IMG/VR virus record: IMGVR_UViG_3300006155_000009
Length of the DNA stretch: 64,000 bases
Reading direction: 5' to 3' (one strand)
DNA from: an uncultured virus (IMG/VR IMGVR_UViG_3300006155_000009)
Taxonomy: Duplodnaviria; Heunggongvirae; Uroviricota; Caudoviricetes
Within the stretch, counting starts at the first letter, position 1. Every line of letters begins with the position of its first letter. The notes below the pieces were generated by a model. The model saw only the letters and a list, made by a program, of their open reading frames with translations, did no database searches and had not been told where the DNA came from. A program made the position numbers and the translations under genes. Positions 34,485-44,288 of this stretch are shown piece by piece.

Positions 34485-36596
34485 ATGAGACTTTTCGACA
34501 TTATTCGTGGAAGGCAAAAAGTGAGTGCCCAGTACCGGCGTGACGGCAGCTTTGTTTCCCGCTGGGCGCGGCCGCCCTCCCGCAACACCGCCGAATGGCT
34601 GGAGATGTTCTCAAAGAGCCCACGTCTGGCGGTGGTGGAGAGGATCGCGAGCGACCTTGCCAATCTCAACGGGCATCTGTACCGCGTTGCCCCGGACGGC
34701 TCCAAGACTGAGGTCACGAAGCATCCGTTCCTTGACCTGATGGCGCAGCCCAACCCGCTCTATGAGATGACCAGTTCTGCCATGTGGCGGCTCAACGAGA
34801 TTTACCTGATGCTTGTCGGCGAGAGCTTCATGCTTGTCGAGCGGGACGAATACGAACGCCCGGTGGAACTGTGGAACGTGCCTCCCCACTGGGTCAAGAT
34901 GACTCCGTACCTCGGCAATCCGGGGTACCTGATCACATCCCCGAGCGGGCTGACCATGACCGTGTCGGTGGATGATATGTTCGTGATGAAACAGCTTAAC
35001 CCGCTGGACCCGTTCATGCGGGGCCTGGGCGTGGCGGAGAGTGTAGCCGATGAGGTGGAGATCGACGAATATGCGGCGAAGTTCCAAAAGCGGTTCTTCT
35101 ACAATGACGCCACCCCGCCGTTTGTGTTTGCAATACCGGGCGCCACAAAGGAGCAGCTCGACGTTTTCACAGCCGATTGGGAAAAAAAGCACCGGGGCGT
35201 AGACAAAAGCCACCGCATGGCGGCCCTGGGCGGGGATGTGAGGGTTGAAAAGCTGGGGGATGCGCACGGCAAGGACATGGGCTTTCTTGAGAGCCGGCTT
35301 GCCATGCGGGACGCCGTGCTGGAGCATTTCGGTGTGCCCAGAGAGATCATGGGCATCACGGAAAACAGCAACCGGGCCACGGCGGACGCCGCTCAGTACA
35401 TCTATGCCAAGAACGTGCTGATGCCCCGCATCAGCAATCGGCAGCAGGCACTCAATATGCAGCTCCTTTCGATGTTCGGCGACGACAGCCTCGTGTGGGA
35501 GTTTGACCCGGTCATCCCCTACGACAAGGAGTTCGACAAGGCCGTGGCGCTGGAGGGGTGGGACGCCGGGCTTCTGACGAAGAACGAGTCCCGCGAGCTG
35601 CTGGGCCGCCCCGGTATTGAGGGCGGCGATGTGTATAAGACCTCCATCACCGACCTGTTCCTCCGGGAGAGCGACGACCCGGCCAAGGTGTCGCAAGCCA
35701 TCCTGCAGGACGGTCTCGATACTACAGCCCCGGTTCCGGGTGAGAAGTCCCTGCCGGCGAGCGTCACGGCCATGCTTCAGCGCGAGGAACAGGCTGTGCG
35801 GAAACACAGTAAGTCCTTCGAGGCGGCAATCTCGCGGCATTTCGCCGAGCAGCGGTCGGCGGTTCAGAAAGCCCTGGGGCTCAGCCAGAAAGCAGAGGAT
35901 ACCACTGCCTTCGATGAGCTGAGTCAATACCTGCTCCCTGATGGAACGCTGGACATGGATCTCTGGAACGCTCTGGAGGAGGCCGAGCAGATCCGCATTG
36001 CCAACAGCGTGGCCGCTGGACTGCTGGACTGGAGCGCCGAATCCAAAAAGCTGCAGGCCATGTTTATGCCGCTCTGGAAGGAAGCGTATGAGGCCGGGGT
36101 CAAACTCGCCGAGGAGTACCACGGCATCACCAACATTACCCGACCGGAGTTTGTATCCGTTGTAAAGGTCAACGGCGCCAAGCACATTGTCGGCATCGAG
36201 CAGACCACCCGCGACAGCATCGCGGACATCATTGCTGACGGGATCGCCAACGGCGCCAGCCAAGCCGAGCTGAAGAAGGCCGTCTATGAGGAGATGGATA
36301 CATCCCACAAGCGGGCCAAGCTGATTGCCCGCCAGGAGACCATGATGTCCCTTGCTACAGGTCAGTTCGACATGATGAAGGCGGCGGGAGCCAAGACCAA
36401 GACGTGGCACCACAGGCCGCAGAAGGACCCGCGGGACGGTACGCATGGGAAGGTTGACCACGTTTCCATGGAAGGGGAGACAGTCCCCATCAACGAGACG
36501 TTCTCCAACGGGCTCCTCTTTCCGAGAGACCCATCGGACGACCGCCCGGAAGAGGTTATCAACTGCCGGTGTTACCTGACATACGGCGGTTTTTAA
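34485..36596 (+). CDS. Portal protein fused to a MuF/minor head domain
   Basis: HK97-like portal (HPFLDL..PNP, FGVP, NRATA, LTKNE) continuing into RAKLIARQET..KTWH..INCRC. Confidence 0.88.
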   Translation: MRLFDIIRGRQKVSAQYRRDGSFVSRWARPPSRNTAEWLEMFSKSPRLAVVERIASDLANLNGHLYRVAPDGSKTEVTKHPFLDLMAQPNPLYEMTSSAMWRLNEIYLMLVGESFMLVERDEYERPVELWNVPPHWVKMTPYLGNPGYLITSPSGLTMTVSVDDMFVMKQLNPLDPFMRGLGVAESVADEVEIDEYAAKFQKRFFYNDATPPFVFAIPGATKEQLDVFTADWEKKHRGVDKSHRMAALGGDVRVEKLGDAHGKDMGFLESRLAMRDAVLEHFGVPREIMGITENSNRATADAAQYIYAKNVLMPRISNRQQALNMQLLSMFGDDSLVWEFDPVIPYDKEFDKAVALEGWDAGLLTKNESRELLGRPGIEGGDVYKTSITDLFLRESDDPAKVSQAILQDGLDTTAPVPGEKSLPASVTAMLQREEQAVRKHSKSFEAAISRHFAEQRSAVQKALGLSQKAEDTTAFDELSQYLLPDGTLDMDLWNALEEAEQIRIANSVAAGLLDWSAESKKLQAMFMPLWKEAYEAGVKLAEEYHGITNITRPEFVSVVKVNGAKHIVGIEQTTRDSIADIIADGIANGASQAELKKAVYEEMDTSHKRAKLIARQETMMSLATGQFDMMKAAGAKTKTWHHRPQKDPRDGTHGKVDHVSMEGETVPINETFSNGLLFPRDPSDDRPEEVINCRCYLTYGGF

Positions 36597-36632
36597 CAAT
36601 GCCCGTAATTCTGAGGAAAGGAGGTAGACCGC

Positions 36633-37409
36633 ATGGCAAGAGCACAACGGGGAGTCGCTACACGGGAGAAGAAGTCGGACACACCTCAGCGGGAATATAA
36701 GTCGGCCTCATTTGTGCTGGAAAGCGCAGACGAGAGCACTGGCGAGTTCTCCGGGTATGCGGCTGTGTTTGGCAACGTGGATGATGGCGGCGATGTTATC
36801 GAGAAGGGAGCCTTCGCCAAAACCATTGTGGAAGACTTCAACCGCATCAAAATCTTGGCGTTGCACAATAACTGCTGGCTCCCGGTGGGAAGGCCGATTG
36901 AACTGCGAGAAGATGATCGCGGCCTTTTCATCCGAGGCAAAATCAGCAATACCTCATTGGGCCGGGATATTCGGACGTTACTCAAAGACGGTGTCTTGGG
37001 GGAGCTCTCTATCGGCTATGATGCTGTCGTTTTCGACTATGACAGCGAGACCGGCATCCGGCATCTGAAGGAGATCAAGCTGTGGGAGGTGTCCATCGTC
37101 ACCTGGGCCATGAACGATCAGGCTAAAATCGAGGACGTGAAGTCGCTGGTGGAGGAACTGAGGACCGAGGCCAAGACCGGCAAAATCTCCCGCCGGAGGA
37201 TGGACGCGCTGAAGCCGTTCATCGCAGTGGTCAAGGAGCTGCTGGAAATCCTCTCGTTCATGGACACGCCTGACGCTGACCCGCCCCCGGCTGATCCGGA
37301 CGACCCGCCCGCCCCCGCAGCGAAACCCAAGAAAAGCGCAGACCCCAAAAAGCAGACCAAAAACGCCGGGATGGTATTCGAAATCATCCCCAACAAAAAC
37401 AGGAGGTAA
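36633..37409 (+). CDS. HK97-family prohead protease
   Basis: FSGYAAVFGNVD..H..LSIGY..LWEVSIVTWAMN. Confidence 0.92.
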   Translation: MARAQRGVATREKKSDTPQREYKSASFVLESADESTGEFSGYAAVFGNVDDGGDVIEKGAFAKTIVEDFNRIKILALHNNCWLPVGRPIELREDDRGLFIRGKISNTSLGRDIRTLLKDGVLGELSIGYDAVVFDYDSETGIRHLKEIKLWEVSIVTWAMNDQAKIEDVKSLVEELRTEAKTGKISRRRMDALKPFIAVVKELLEILSFMDTPDADPPPADPDDPPAPAAKPKKSADPKKQTKNAGMVFEIIPNKNRR

Positions 37410-37415
37410 TTGAAC

Positions 37416-38987
37416 ATGAAACTGACCCAGGAACAGCTCGCCGCCCTCATCGCGCAGGTGTTTGCGAACCTCATCGCGGCGGGCAAGGACCCCAGCGCCA
37501 TCACCCAGGATGACATCATGGCCGAGATGAACGCCATTATCGAGGCCGGCGGCATTGGCGACCCCGCTGGTGAGGGCGGCGCTCCCGAAGGCGACGAAAG
37601 CAAGGGCGAGGGCGAAGGCGAAGGTGAGGGCGGCGACCCCACCATTACGCCTGAGTTCATCTCTCAGGTGCTGGACGCTCTGAAAGCCTGCCAGAAGTCT
37701 GCCGGTGAGCCCTCTGCCAAGCCCGGCTCCGGTGAGCCTGCGGCCCAGAAGGGTGCCGAGGGCCCCTCCGCCCAGAAGGGCGCCGCTCCCGCTCCGGCTC
37801 CTGCTGCTACGCCCGCCCCCGCTGCCCCTGCGCAGCGCAAATACTCCAGCCTGTTCCTCTCCACCGGCGCATCCCGTGACGGCGGTGCCACCAGCGGTTT
37901 CAAGGCCCGTATCCAGTCTATGTCCGCCCCTGAGCGGCGCAAGACCGCCTACGGTATGTTCGGCCGCGCCGTGAAGTGCATCCACGCCTCTGGAGGCGAG
38001 GTCGAGCGGGCCGCCTATGTCGCCGAGCACAAGTTCAACGATGCTGAGATGGCCCGCGAGTTCAAGGCCCTGGCCGCGACCCAGCCCACCGATGGCGGAT
38101 ACCTGGTGCCGGAGGTCTATGCGGACGAGATTATCGAACTGCTGTACCCCGCCACGGTCATCTACGACCTGGGCGCCCGCCGGCTGGCCATGGATCACGG
38201 CAATCTGAACATCCCCAAGCTGAAGACTGGTACCCGCGCCATGTACACCGGGGAGAACCGGAAGATCCCCAAGACCGCCCCCAAGTTCGGCAACATCCGC
38301 CTGTCCTCCAAGAAGCTGACCGCCCTCATTCCCATGAGCAACGACCTCCTTCGGTCCACCAGCTTCGACAACGACGTCATCGTGGGCCAGGACGTGACCA
38401 AGCAGATGGCCTTGGGCGTGGATTGGGGTGCTTTCCGCGGCACCGGCGGGGAGTTCCAGCCCCTCGGCCTGTTCAACAACAAGGCCGTCCAGAACATCAA
38501 GGCCGCCGATGCCGGCACCTCCTATGCCAGCGCCGATGGCGTTCTGACCGCCATGTTCCCCAACTTCCTGGTCGCCTCTGTGCTGAAGAACAACGTCTAT
38601 GCTGATGCCCTGGGCTTCGTGTTCAACACCAGCGTGGAGCAGTTCTTCAAGTCCATGCGCGACCAGGTGGGCGGCTTCATCTTTGCTGAGGAGATGAACA
38701 AGCAGCGCACCCTGGCGGGCTACCCCTACCGCACCACCAACCTGATCGACACCGAGGATGGCAAGACCAAGATCGCCTTCGGCAACTGGAACGACCTCAT
38801 CATCGGTGAGCAGGGCGCCCTGGAGATCGAGACCAGCCGCGAGGGCTCCTGGACTGACGAGGCGGGCAACCTTGTGTCCGCTTTCGAGAACGACCAGACC
38901 CTCATCCGGGCCATCGACAACGTGGACGTGGGCCTGCGCCATGACGAGAGCTTCGTGGTGGCTACCGGCGTTGCCGTCCCCGTCTAA
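37416..38987 (+). CDS. Major capsid protein (HK97 fold, N-terminal scaffold region)
   Basis: DGGYLVP, SNDLL, GTG..PLG, FGNW, FENDQTLIRA. Confidence 0.92.
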   Translation: MKLTQEQLAALIAQVFANLIAAGKDPSAITQDDIMAEMNAIIEAGGIGDPAGEGGAPEGDESKGEGEGEGEGGDPTITPEFISQVLDALKACQKSAGEPSAKPGSGEPAAQKGAEGPSAQKGAAPAPAPAATPAPAAPAQRKYSSLFLSTGASRDGGATSGFKARIQSMSAPERRKTAYGMFGRAVKCIHASGGEVERAAYVAEHKFNDAEMAREFKALAATQPTDGGYLVPEVYADEIIELLYPATVIYDLGARRLAMDHGNLNIPKLKTGTRAMYTGENRKIPKTAPKFGNIRLSSKKLTALIPMSNDLLRSTSFDNDVIVGQDVTKQMALGVDWGAFRGTGGEFQPLGLFNNKAVQNIKAADAGTSYASADGVLTAMFPNFLVASVLKNNVYADALGFVFNTSVEQFFKSMRDQVGGFIFAEEMNKQRTLAGYPYRTTNLIDTEDGKTKIAFGNWNDLIIGEQGALEIETSREGSWTDEAGNLVSAFENDQTLIRAIDNVDVGLRHDESFVVATGVAVPV

Positions 38988-39010
38988 TCTGAGAAGGAGG
39001 AAATGAGACA

Positions 39011-39412
39011 ATGAAGCGCAATCTGTTTCAGAACGTGACTGCGATCCCCTACAAGTCCGGCGAGGCCATCGACCGGACGGGTTTTCTCTCCGCCGTCATC
39101 GGCGCCAACGTTGCGTCCGGCGCCACGATGACCGTGAAGGTGGAGCACAGTGACGACGGTGAGACTTTCGCGCCCGTCACTGACGAGCGGGTGTTCCCTG
39201 AGAAGCAGACCACCGGCGGGGAGTACACCTTCAAGAACGAGCCCATCGAGGCTGCGGATGATGAGGGTGACGTGCCCGCTGGTGGTGTGGTCAACATTGA
39301 TGTTGACCTTGTGGGCTTGAAGTCCATTGTGAAGTTCACCGTCACCGGGAACGACGAGACCACCGGCGGCCTTGCGGTCGTGCTGGGAGACGCCGCCGTT
39401 CAGCCGGTGTAA
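39011..39412 (+). CDS. Putative head decoration/accessory protein
   Basis: Position after the capsid gene; beta-rich; strong RBS. Confidence 0.55.
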   Translation: MKRNLFQNVTAIPYKSGEAIDRTGFLSAVIGANVASGATMTVKVEHSDDGETFAPVTDERVFPEKQTTGGEYTFKNEPIEAADDEGDVPAGGVVNIDVDLVGLKSIVKFTVTGNDETTGGLAVVLGDAAVQPV

Positions 39413-39425
39413 GGAGGGCCACGAA

Positions 39426-39602
39426 ATGCCGAGGTTCTATGACATCGTAAAGCCGTCCGCAAACAAGGCGGCTGCCCCCGGCAAGGAGAAGAAGGCCGGA
39501 AAGCCGCCTGTCGCGCCCCCTGGCAAGGGGGAAGGCAAGGGTGCGCCTCCTACCCCCGGAGGCAACGGGGACGGCCAGGAACGGCCCGAGAACGCCGAAT
39601 AG
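39426..39602 (+). CDS. Small low-complexity protein
   Basis: AAGGAGG RBS. Confidence 0.5.
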   Translation: MPRFYDIVKPSANKAAAPGKEKKAGKPPVAPPGKGEGKGAPPTPGGNGDGQERPENAE

Positions 39603-39656
39603 AGGGTCAAGGGGCGGTGGGGCAACCTGCCGCCCCTATACTGACAGGAGGTTTGT

Positions 39657-40280
39657 ATGCTTGCGAATAACGCACTTACCACGCTTGACAGGATGAAGCT
39701 CATGCTGAGCCTTGATGATGAGACCGACGAGCGCACCTGTACCCTCGTTGAACTGCTGATCAATAAGGCGTCGTCCTGGGTGGAGCAGCAGGTGGGCAGA
39801 CCCCTCGGCAAGAACACCTACCGTGAGTTCTACGAGGCCGACGGCCAGCAGGAGCTGGTCACGCTGAAATACCCAATCGTCAGCGTTGACTATGTCAAAG
39901 AGGCCGGGAGGATTGTCCCCCCTGAACTCTACGACTACGGGCAGACCGCCAACATCGGCGTCATCTACCGGGATGACGGCTGGCTGAGGGCCGGGTACCG
40001 CCGGGGCCTTGCCAATGACATTATTGAGACCAAGCGGAACATTGAGGTGTGCTACACGGCAGGCTATGTGCTTCCGAAGGATGCCACGGACGAGGAGCCC
40101 CAGACGCTCCCAGCAGACCTGGAGGGCCTTGTCTGGGACATGGTGTCCCAGGCGTATGCGAATATGCAGAACGGCTCCCAGGGGCTGAAATCCTTCTCCA
40201 TCTCGGATGTAAGCTGGACCTTCGACAAGTCCACGCCAGCCGCCTGGCTGCAGATTGTCAATCTGTACAGGAGGTATTGA
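39657..40280 (+). CDS. Head-tail connector/adaptor
   Basis: LTTLDRMK..YTAGYVLP..LPADLE; synteny. Confidence 0.75.
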   Translation: MLANNALTTLDRMKLMLSLDDETDERTCTLVELLINKASSWVEQQVGRPLGKNTYREFYEADGQQELVTLKYPIVSVDYVKEAGRIVPPELYDYGQTANIGVIYRDDGWLRAGYRRGLANDIIETKRNIEVCYTAGYVLPKDATDEEPQTLPADLEGLVWDMVSQAYANMQNGSQGLKSFSISDVSWTFDKSTPAAWLQIVNLYRRY

Positions 40281-40281
40281 T

Positions 40282-40911
40282 GTGGACGGGATAGAGCGGC
40301 TCCTGGAAGACTTCAACCGCATCAAAGCCGCGTGCCAGGAGATGGAGCAGAAGAAAATCCGGGTGGGCATCGTTGGTGGTAAGGCGGACTCCGATATTAT
40401 GGCCATCGCCCACGCCCATGAGTATGGCGCCACTATCAAGCCCAAGAAGGGAAAGTACCTCGCCATCCCTCTGACCAAGGAGGCCCAGGCCGCCGGCTCT
40501 CCCAGAGCCTTCAGCGACCTGCGTTTTGTCAACGCGAAGGACGGCAAACTCCTCATGGTCCGGGACAAGAAGAAACGCGGCGGCAAGACGGAGAGTGAGG
40601 CGATGTATCTGCTGGTGAAAAGTGTTACCCTCCCGGAACGTTCCTTTATCCGGGCGAGTTTTGACGCACAGCAGAAAGAACTGGGCAGCATCGTGACCGG
40701 GGCAATGGTAAAGATGCTGGAGGGGACCATCACCCCCACCGCTGCGGCAGAGTCCATCGGGGCCCAGGCCGCCCAGCTGGCGCAGAGCTTCATCGATCAG
40801 AACAGGGTCACACCGAAGTCTGATTTCGACCACAAGACGCAGCACACCACGCTATATGAATCCGGCACACACATCCGTGACCGGATTGCTTACGAGGTGG
40901 TAATAGAATGA
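40282..40911 (+). CDS. Neck/virion morphogenesis protein
   Basis: IAHAHEYGA..PERSFIR; synteny. Confidence 0.7.
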   Translation: MDGIERLLEDFNRIKAACQEMEQKKIRVGIVGGKADSDIMAIAHAHEYGATIKPKKGKYLAIPLTKEAQAAGSPRAFSDLRFVNAKDGKLLMVRDKKKRGGKTESEAMYLLVKSVTLPERSFIRASFDAQQKELGSIVTGAMVKMLEGTITPTAAAESIGAQAAQLAQSFIDQNRVTPKSDFDHKTQHTTLYESGTHIRDRIAYEVVIE

Positions 40912-41264
40912 ATTTTGCGGCAACACCCAGGCTCCCCAGGGCCTTGCTTCACTCGCTGAAGGTCTATGAGCGCACCTTTGTCCGCGATGGCCCCGGCGGG
41001 CAGTCCCGTCCGGTCGAAAAGGCGGTAAAGACGTTCAAAGGCATCGTCATGCCGCTATCGGACAAGGACCTGAAGGATCTGCCGGAAGGGACGTACACCG
41101 AGAACTCGCAGAAACTCTACACCGATGACCCGGTGGAGATCGGCACCAACCAGATCATTGAGGACACCTTCGATGGCCAGAGATACACCGTCAAGACCTC
41201 GCTGAGCCACAACAGTATCCACCCCATGGTGCGGTACATCGTGGAAGGGGTGGTGAAGAAGTGA
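40908..41264 (+). CDS. Head closure/adaptor protein
   Basis: Synteny; LKDLPEG motif. Confidence 0.6.
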   Translation: MNFAATPRLPRALLHSLKVYERTFVRDGPGGQSRPVEKAVKTFKGIVMPLSDKDLKDLPEGTYTENSQKLYTDDPVEIGTNQIIEDTFDGQRYTVKTSLSHNSIHPMVRYIVEGVVKK

Positions 41265-41794
41265 CGTTCGTCCAGGCCCGTAACGCTATTGTGTCCGGCC
41301 TTGAAGCGCACACCGGTCGTCCTGTTGTTCTGTCTGACCAGATAGCGGACCGGCCAGAGTTCCCATACTGCTACTACAGTGTCCTGACACCGCGCACATC
41401 CAACCACGCCTTTGGGCGGCATGAGGTCGTGGGGGATGAGGAGCAAGGCTACCGCCACATACGTTCCGAGCCGGTAGAGGCAACGATGTCTTTCACCTTC
41501 TGCGGTCAGAACCGGGAGGCTGAGGACGGCAGCTATATCTACGGCGAGGATGAGGCTCTTGGCCTCGCTGACAAGGCGCACGGGTTCTTCCTGCTGAACG
41601 GGCATTGCATCCTGGTCGGCAGCGAGGATATCGTGATCCGCAATGTTGGCTCCGTCGCAAACCGGAGCGGATTTGTGGTGGAGGATACCGTTCGCCGGTA
41701 CGGATTCGATGTGCGCTTTGCCTATATCCGCACCGACGAGATGCCGGCCACCACTATTCGGGAGGCCAATACCCCAGGAAACGCACACCAGTAA
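41261..41794 (+). CDS. Tail terminator/neck protein
   Basis: Immediately before the sheath gene; RYGFDVRF. Confidence 0.65.
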   Translation: MTFVQARNAIVSGLEAHTGRPVVLSDQIADRPEFPYCYYSVLTPRTSNHAFGRHEVVGDEEQGYRHIRSEPVEATMSFTFCGQNREAEDGSYIYGEDEALGLADKAHGFFLLNGHCILVGSEDIVIRNVGSVANRSGFVVEDTVRRYGFDVRFAYIRTDEMPATTIREANTPGNAHQ

Positions 41795-41811
41795 GAAGGA
41801 GGAAACGCAAA

Positions 41812-43305
41812 ATGGCAAAAGACGTAATTGTCGTTGTGAAGCGCGACGCGCTGCCTACGACAAAGGAGAGCCTTGACATTCTGCTCATCTCGACCACCGG
41901 GGCCCAGCCCGTCGGTGTGTACCGGGATGTTGAGAGCGTCAAGGCTGTCTATGGGGATGATGGAAAGACCCCCAACTCGAAGATTGTCCGCAAGGCGACC
42001 ACCCTGATGAACCAGGGCAAGACCACGCTGGCCGAGACGCTGGTCAACAAGTTCAAGATCGTGGGATTCGAGCCGCCCACCGCATCCCCCGCTGTCGCCG
42101 CTACCTTCGTTATCGATTTCGACAACGATGTGTTCCCGTTTGACGCCCCCGCCGCGAAGCAGAAGCTCTACGTGCGGATCGGCGGCGACGACAAGGCCGT
42201 GGTCACGCTGACCGCAAAAGTCGAGATCGAGGACGGCATGAAGCTGGCGGCACAGTTCAACGGGGCTTCCTTTACCAAGGGCGGCAAGACCTACACCGCC
42301 TCCGCGAAGGACACCGTGGTCACGTTCACCGCCACCGAGGGCGGCAGCACCGACTCCATTCCTGAGCGCATTGAAATCTTCCTGGACGAGGCTATGTCTC
42401 AGGAGTTCGTCGCCACCGGGAAAAAGACCTTCACCAACGGCAAGGACGCCATGACCGCCGCTGACAGCCTCATCGAGACCATCAAGGAGTTCCAGCGGGA
42501 CGAGGACGATGATTGGTACTACTTCCTGACCGACCGGGACGAGCCGGAGTTCGTCAAGACCCTGGCAAAGTTCGCCGAGGCCAGTGAGCCTACCGAGGCG
42601 GAGCTTGGCACCGGCGTGGAGGATCACCGGAAGTTCTACATGGGCCAGACCAGCGACCTCGACTTCGCCGACAACACCGCCCGCGCCGCTGTCATCTACA
42701 CCGAGGAGAAGTACCTCAGCGAGGAGCCCGACGCCTCCTACACCGGCAACGTCGGCCCGTTCTATCCGAAGAACGTGACCTGGAAGTTCAAGAGGCCGCA
42801 GGACGGCAACGCCGCCACCAGCGAGGGCACGAAGCTCATCAGTCGGCCCAAGCTGACCGAGGGCCAGCGCAACCAGCTGAACGAGAACCATGTCAACTAT
42901 CTCACTGAGGAGTACAAGCGCCAGTACGTCAAGGAGGGCGTCTGCCTCAACGGTGAGTTCATCGATGTGGTGCTGGGCGGCGACTGGATCGCCAAGCGGA
43001 TGCGGGACCTGCTTTACGACATCCTGCTGGAGAACGCCAACATTGACTACAGCGACGCCGGCTTTGGCCTCATTGCCACAGCGGTGCTGCAGGCTCTGGC
43101 TGAGGCGGCGGACGAGGATCACAACATCGTGGCCCGTGACCAGGAGAGCAGGGCTGGCATTTTCACCGTGAATATCCCGAAGTACGCGGAGAGCACGGAG
43201 GAGCAGCGCCGGAACCGGGTCATGCCCGACATCACCTGGGAGGCCCTGCTGTGCGGCGCCGTCCATCAGGTCAAGACCAAGGGCGTCCTCCGGGCAACGC
43301 TCTAA
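41812..43305 (+). CDS. Tail sheath protein (DUF3383-like)
   Basis: TWKFK, EG..NGEFIDVVLGGDWI, GAVHQV. Confidence 0.85.
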   Translation: MAKDVIVVVKRDALPTTKESLDILLISTTGAQPVGVYRDVESVKAVYGDDGKTPNSKIVRKATTLMNQGKTTLAETLVNKFKIVGFEPPTASPAVAATFVIDFDNDVFPFDAPAAKQKLYVRIGGDDKAVVTLTAKVEIEDGMKLAAQFNGASFTKGGKTYTASAKDTVVTFTATEGGSTDSIPERIEIFLDEAMSQEFVATGKKTFTNGKDAMTAADSLIETIKEFQRDEDDDWYYFLTDRDEPEFVKTLAKFAEASEPTEAELGTGVEDHRKFYMGQTSDLDFADNTARAAVIYTEEKYLSEEPDASYTGNVGPFYPKNVTWKFKRPQDGNAATSEGTKLISRPKLTEGQRNQLNENHVNYLTEEYKRQYVKEGVCLNGEFIDVVLGGDWIAKRMRDLLYDILLENANIDYSDAGFGLIATAVLQALAEAADEDHNIVARDQESRAGIFTVNIPKYAESTEEQRRNRVMPDITWEALLCGAVHQVKTKGVLRATL

Positions 43306-43322
43306 TGAGGAGGTAAAAAGCT

Positions 43323-43715
43323 ATGCTGAAGAACTATGACCCGCTGAAAGTGAACGTCGCCTACAACGGCAGACAGCTGCGTATGTTCGGCGATAGCCTG
43401 TTCACGCTGGCCCGTGACGAGGCCAACCACTCGATGAAAAAGGGCGTCAAGGGCGACACCACCTACATCATGAACGCAAACAAGGCCGGAAAGCTGACCA
43501 TCACGCTCCAGCAGGAGTCCCCGGACATCCCCTACCTGGAGCAGTGCGCCGAGAAGAGCGTCCAGGCGAACCTCGCCATCACGGACGCCAACGACAACGG
43601 CAAGATTTTCTTCGCCCAGAACTGTATGGTGGAGAAACTGCCCGATATCGTGCGCGGCAAGGACGCCCCGGATGTTCAGTTCGTGTTCCTGATCCCCGAC
43701 ATCCTCATCATGTGA
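43323..43715 (+). CDS. Tail tube protein
   Basis: NYDPLKV..GKLTITLQQESP; follows the sheath gene. Confidence 0.8.
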   Translation: MLKNYDPLKVNVAYNGRQLRMFGDSLFTLARDEANHSMKKGVKGDTTYIMNANKAGKLTITLQQESPDIPYLEQCAEKSVQANLAITDANDNGKIFFAQNCMVEKLPDIVRGKDAPDVQFVFLIPDILIM

Positions 43716-43813
43716 TGAAGGCCGGGAAGCACAGCAGCCACAAACATAGCAGGCGGGGCCGGAACGTGATACCGTTTCGGTCCCGCACTCAAAATTATAT
43801 GGGAGGCTTTACC

Positions 43814-44122
43814 ATGGCAAGACAGAAGATCGTTATCGTGAACGATGTGGAGTACACGCTCCAGAGCGTGAGCTTTACCCACTACACCAATCTGACGGAC
43901 CTGTATGTCCGCCCCGCCAGCGGCCGGAAGAACACGGCGAAGTATGCCGACTCTCTCATCAAGAGCTGCGTCATCGCTCCCGCCGAGGTCGCCAAGCACG
44001 GCCTGAAGTTCTTTGACGAGCAGGACGACATCGTCACCCCCACCGAGCTGGTGCGTGAGATCGAGAACTTTCTGTCGGAGCGAGCTGAATCCGACGGAAG
44101 CGCGGAAAAGAGCGCAACGTAA
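43814..44122 (+). CDS. Tail assembly chaperone
   Basis: Between tube and tape measure; GGAGG RBS. Confidence 0.75.
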   Translation: MARQKIVIVNDVEYTLQSVSFTHYTNLTDLYVRPASGRKNTAKYADSLIKSCVIAPAEVAKHGLKFFDEQDDIVTPTELVREIENFLSERAESDGSAEKSAT

Positions 44123-44270
44123 AGAACGGTTCTGGCGCATGACGTTCTGCATGGGTGGTATCAGCTACACTGAACTCAAGGAGATGGATCTGGCGGAGTT
44201 CGCTGAGGCGGAGCAGGCCCGGCTCCTTTGGCAGACCGTGTGGAACAAGAAACCCAGCAAAAACGAATGA
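44070..44270 (+). CDS. Tail assembly chaperone frameshift extension
   Basis: +1 frame ORF overlapping the chaperone 3' end (..ISYTELKEMDLAEFAEA). Confidence 0.55.
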   Translation, partial: FCRSELNPTEARKRAQRKERFWRMTFCMGGISYTELKEMDLAEFAEAEQARLLWQTVWNKKPSKNE

Positions 44271-44288
44271 AGAAAGGGGGGATGACTT

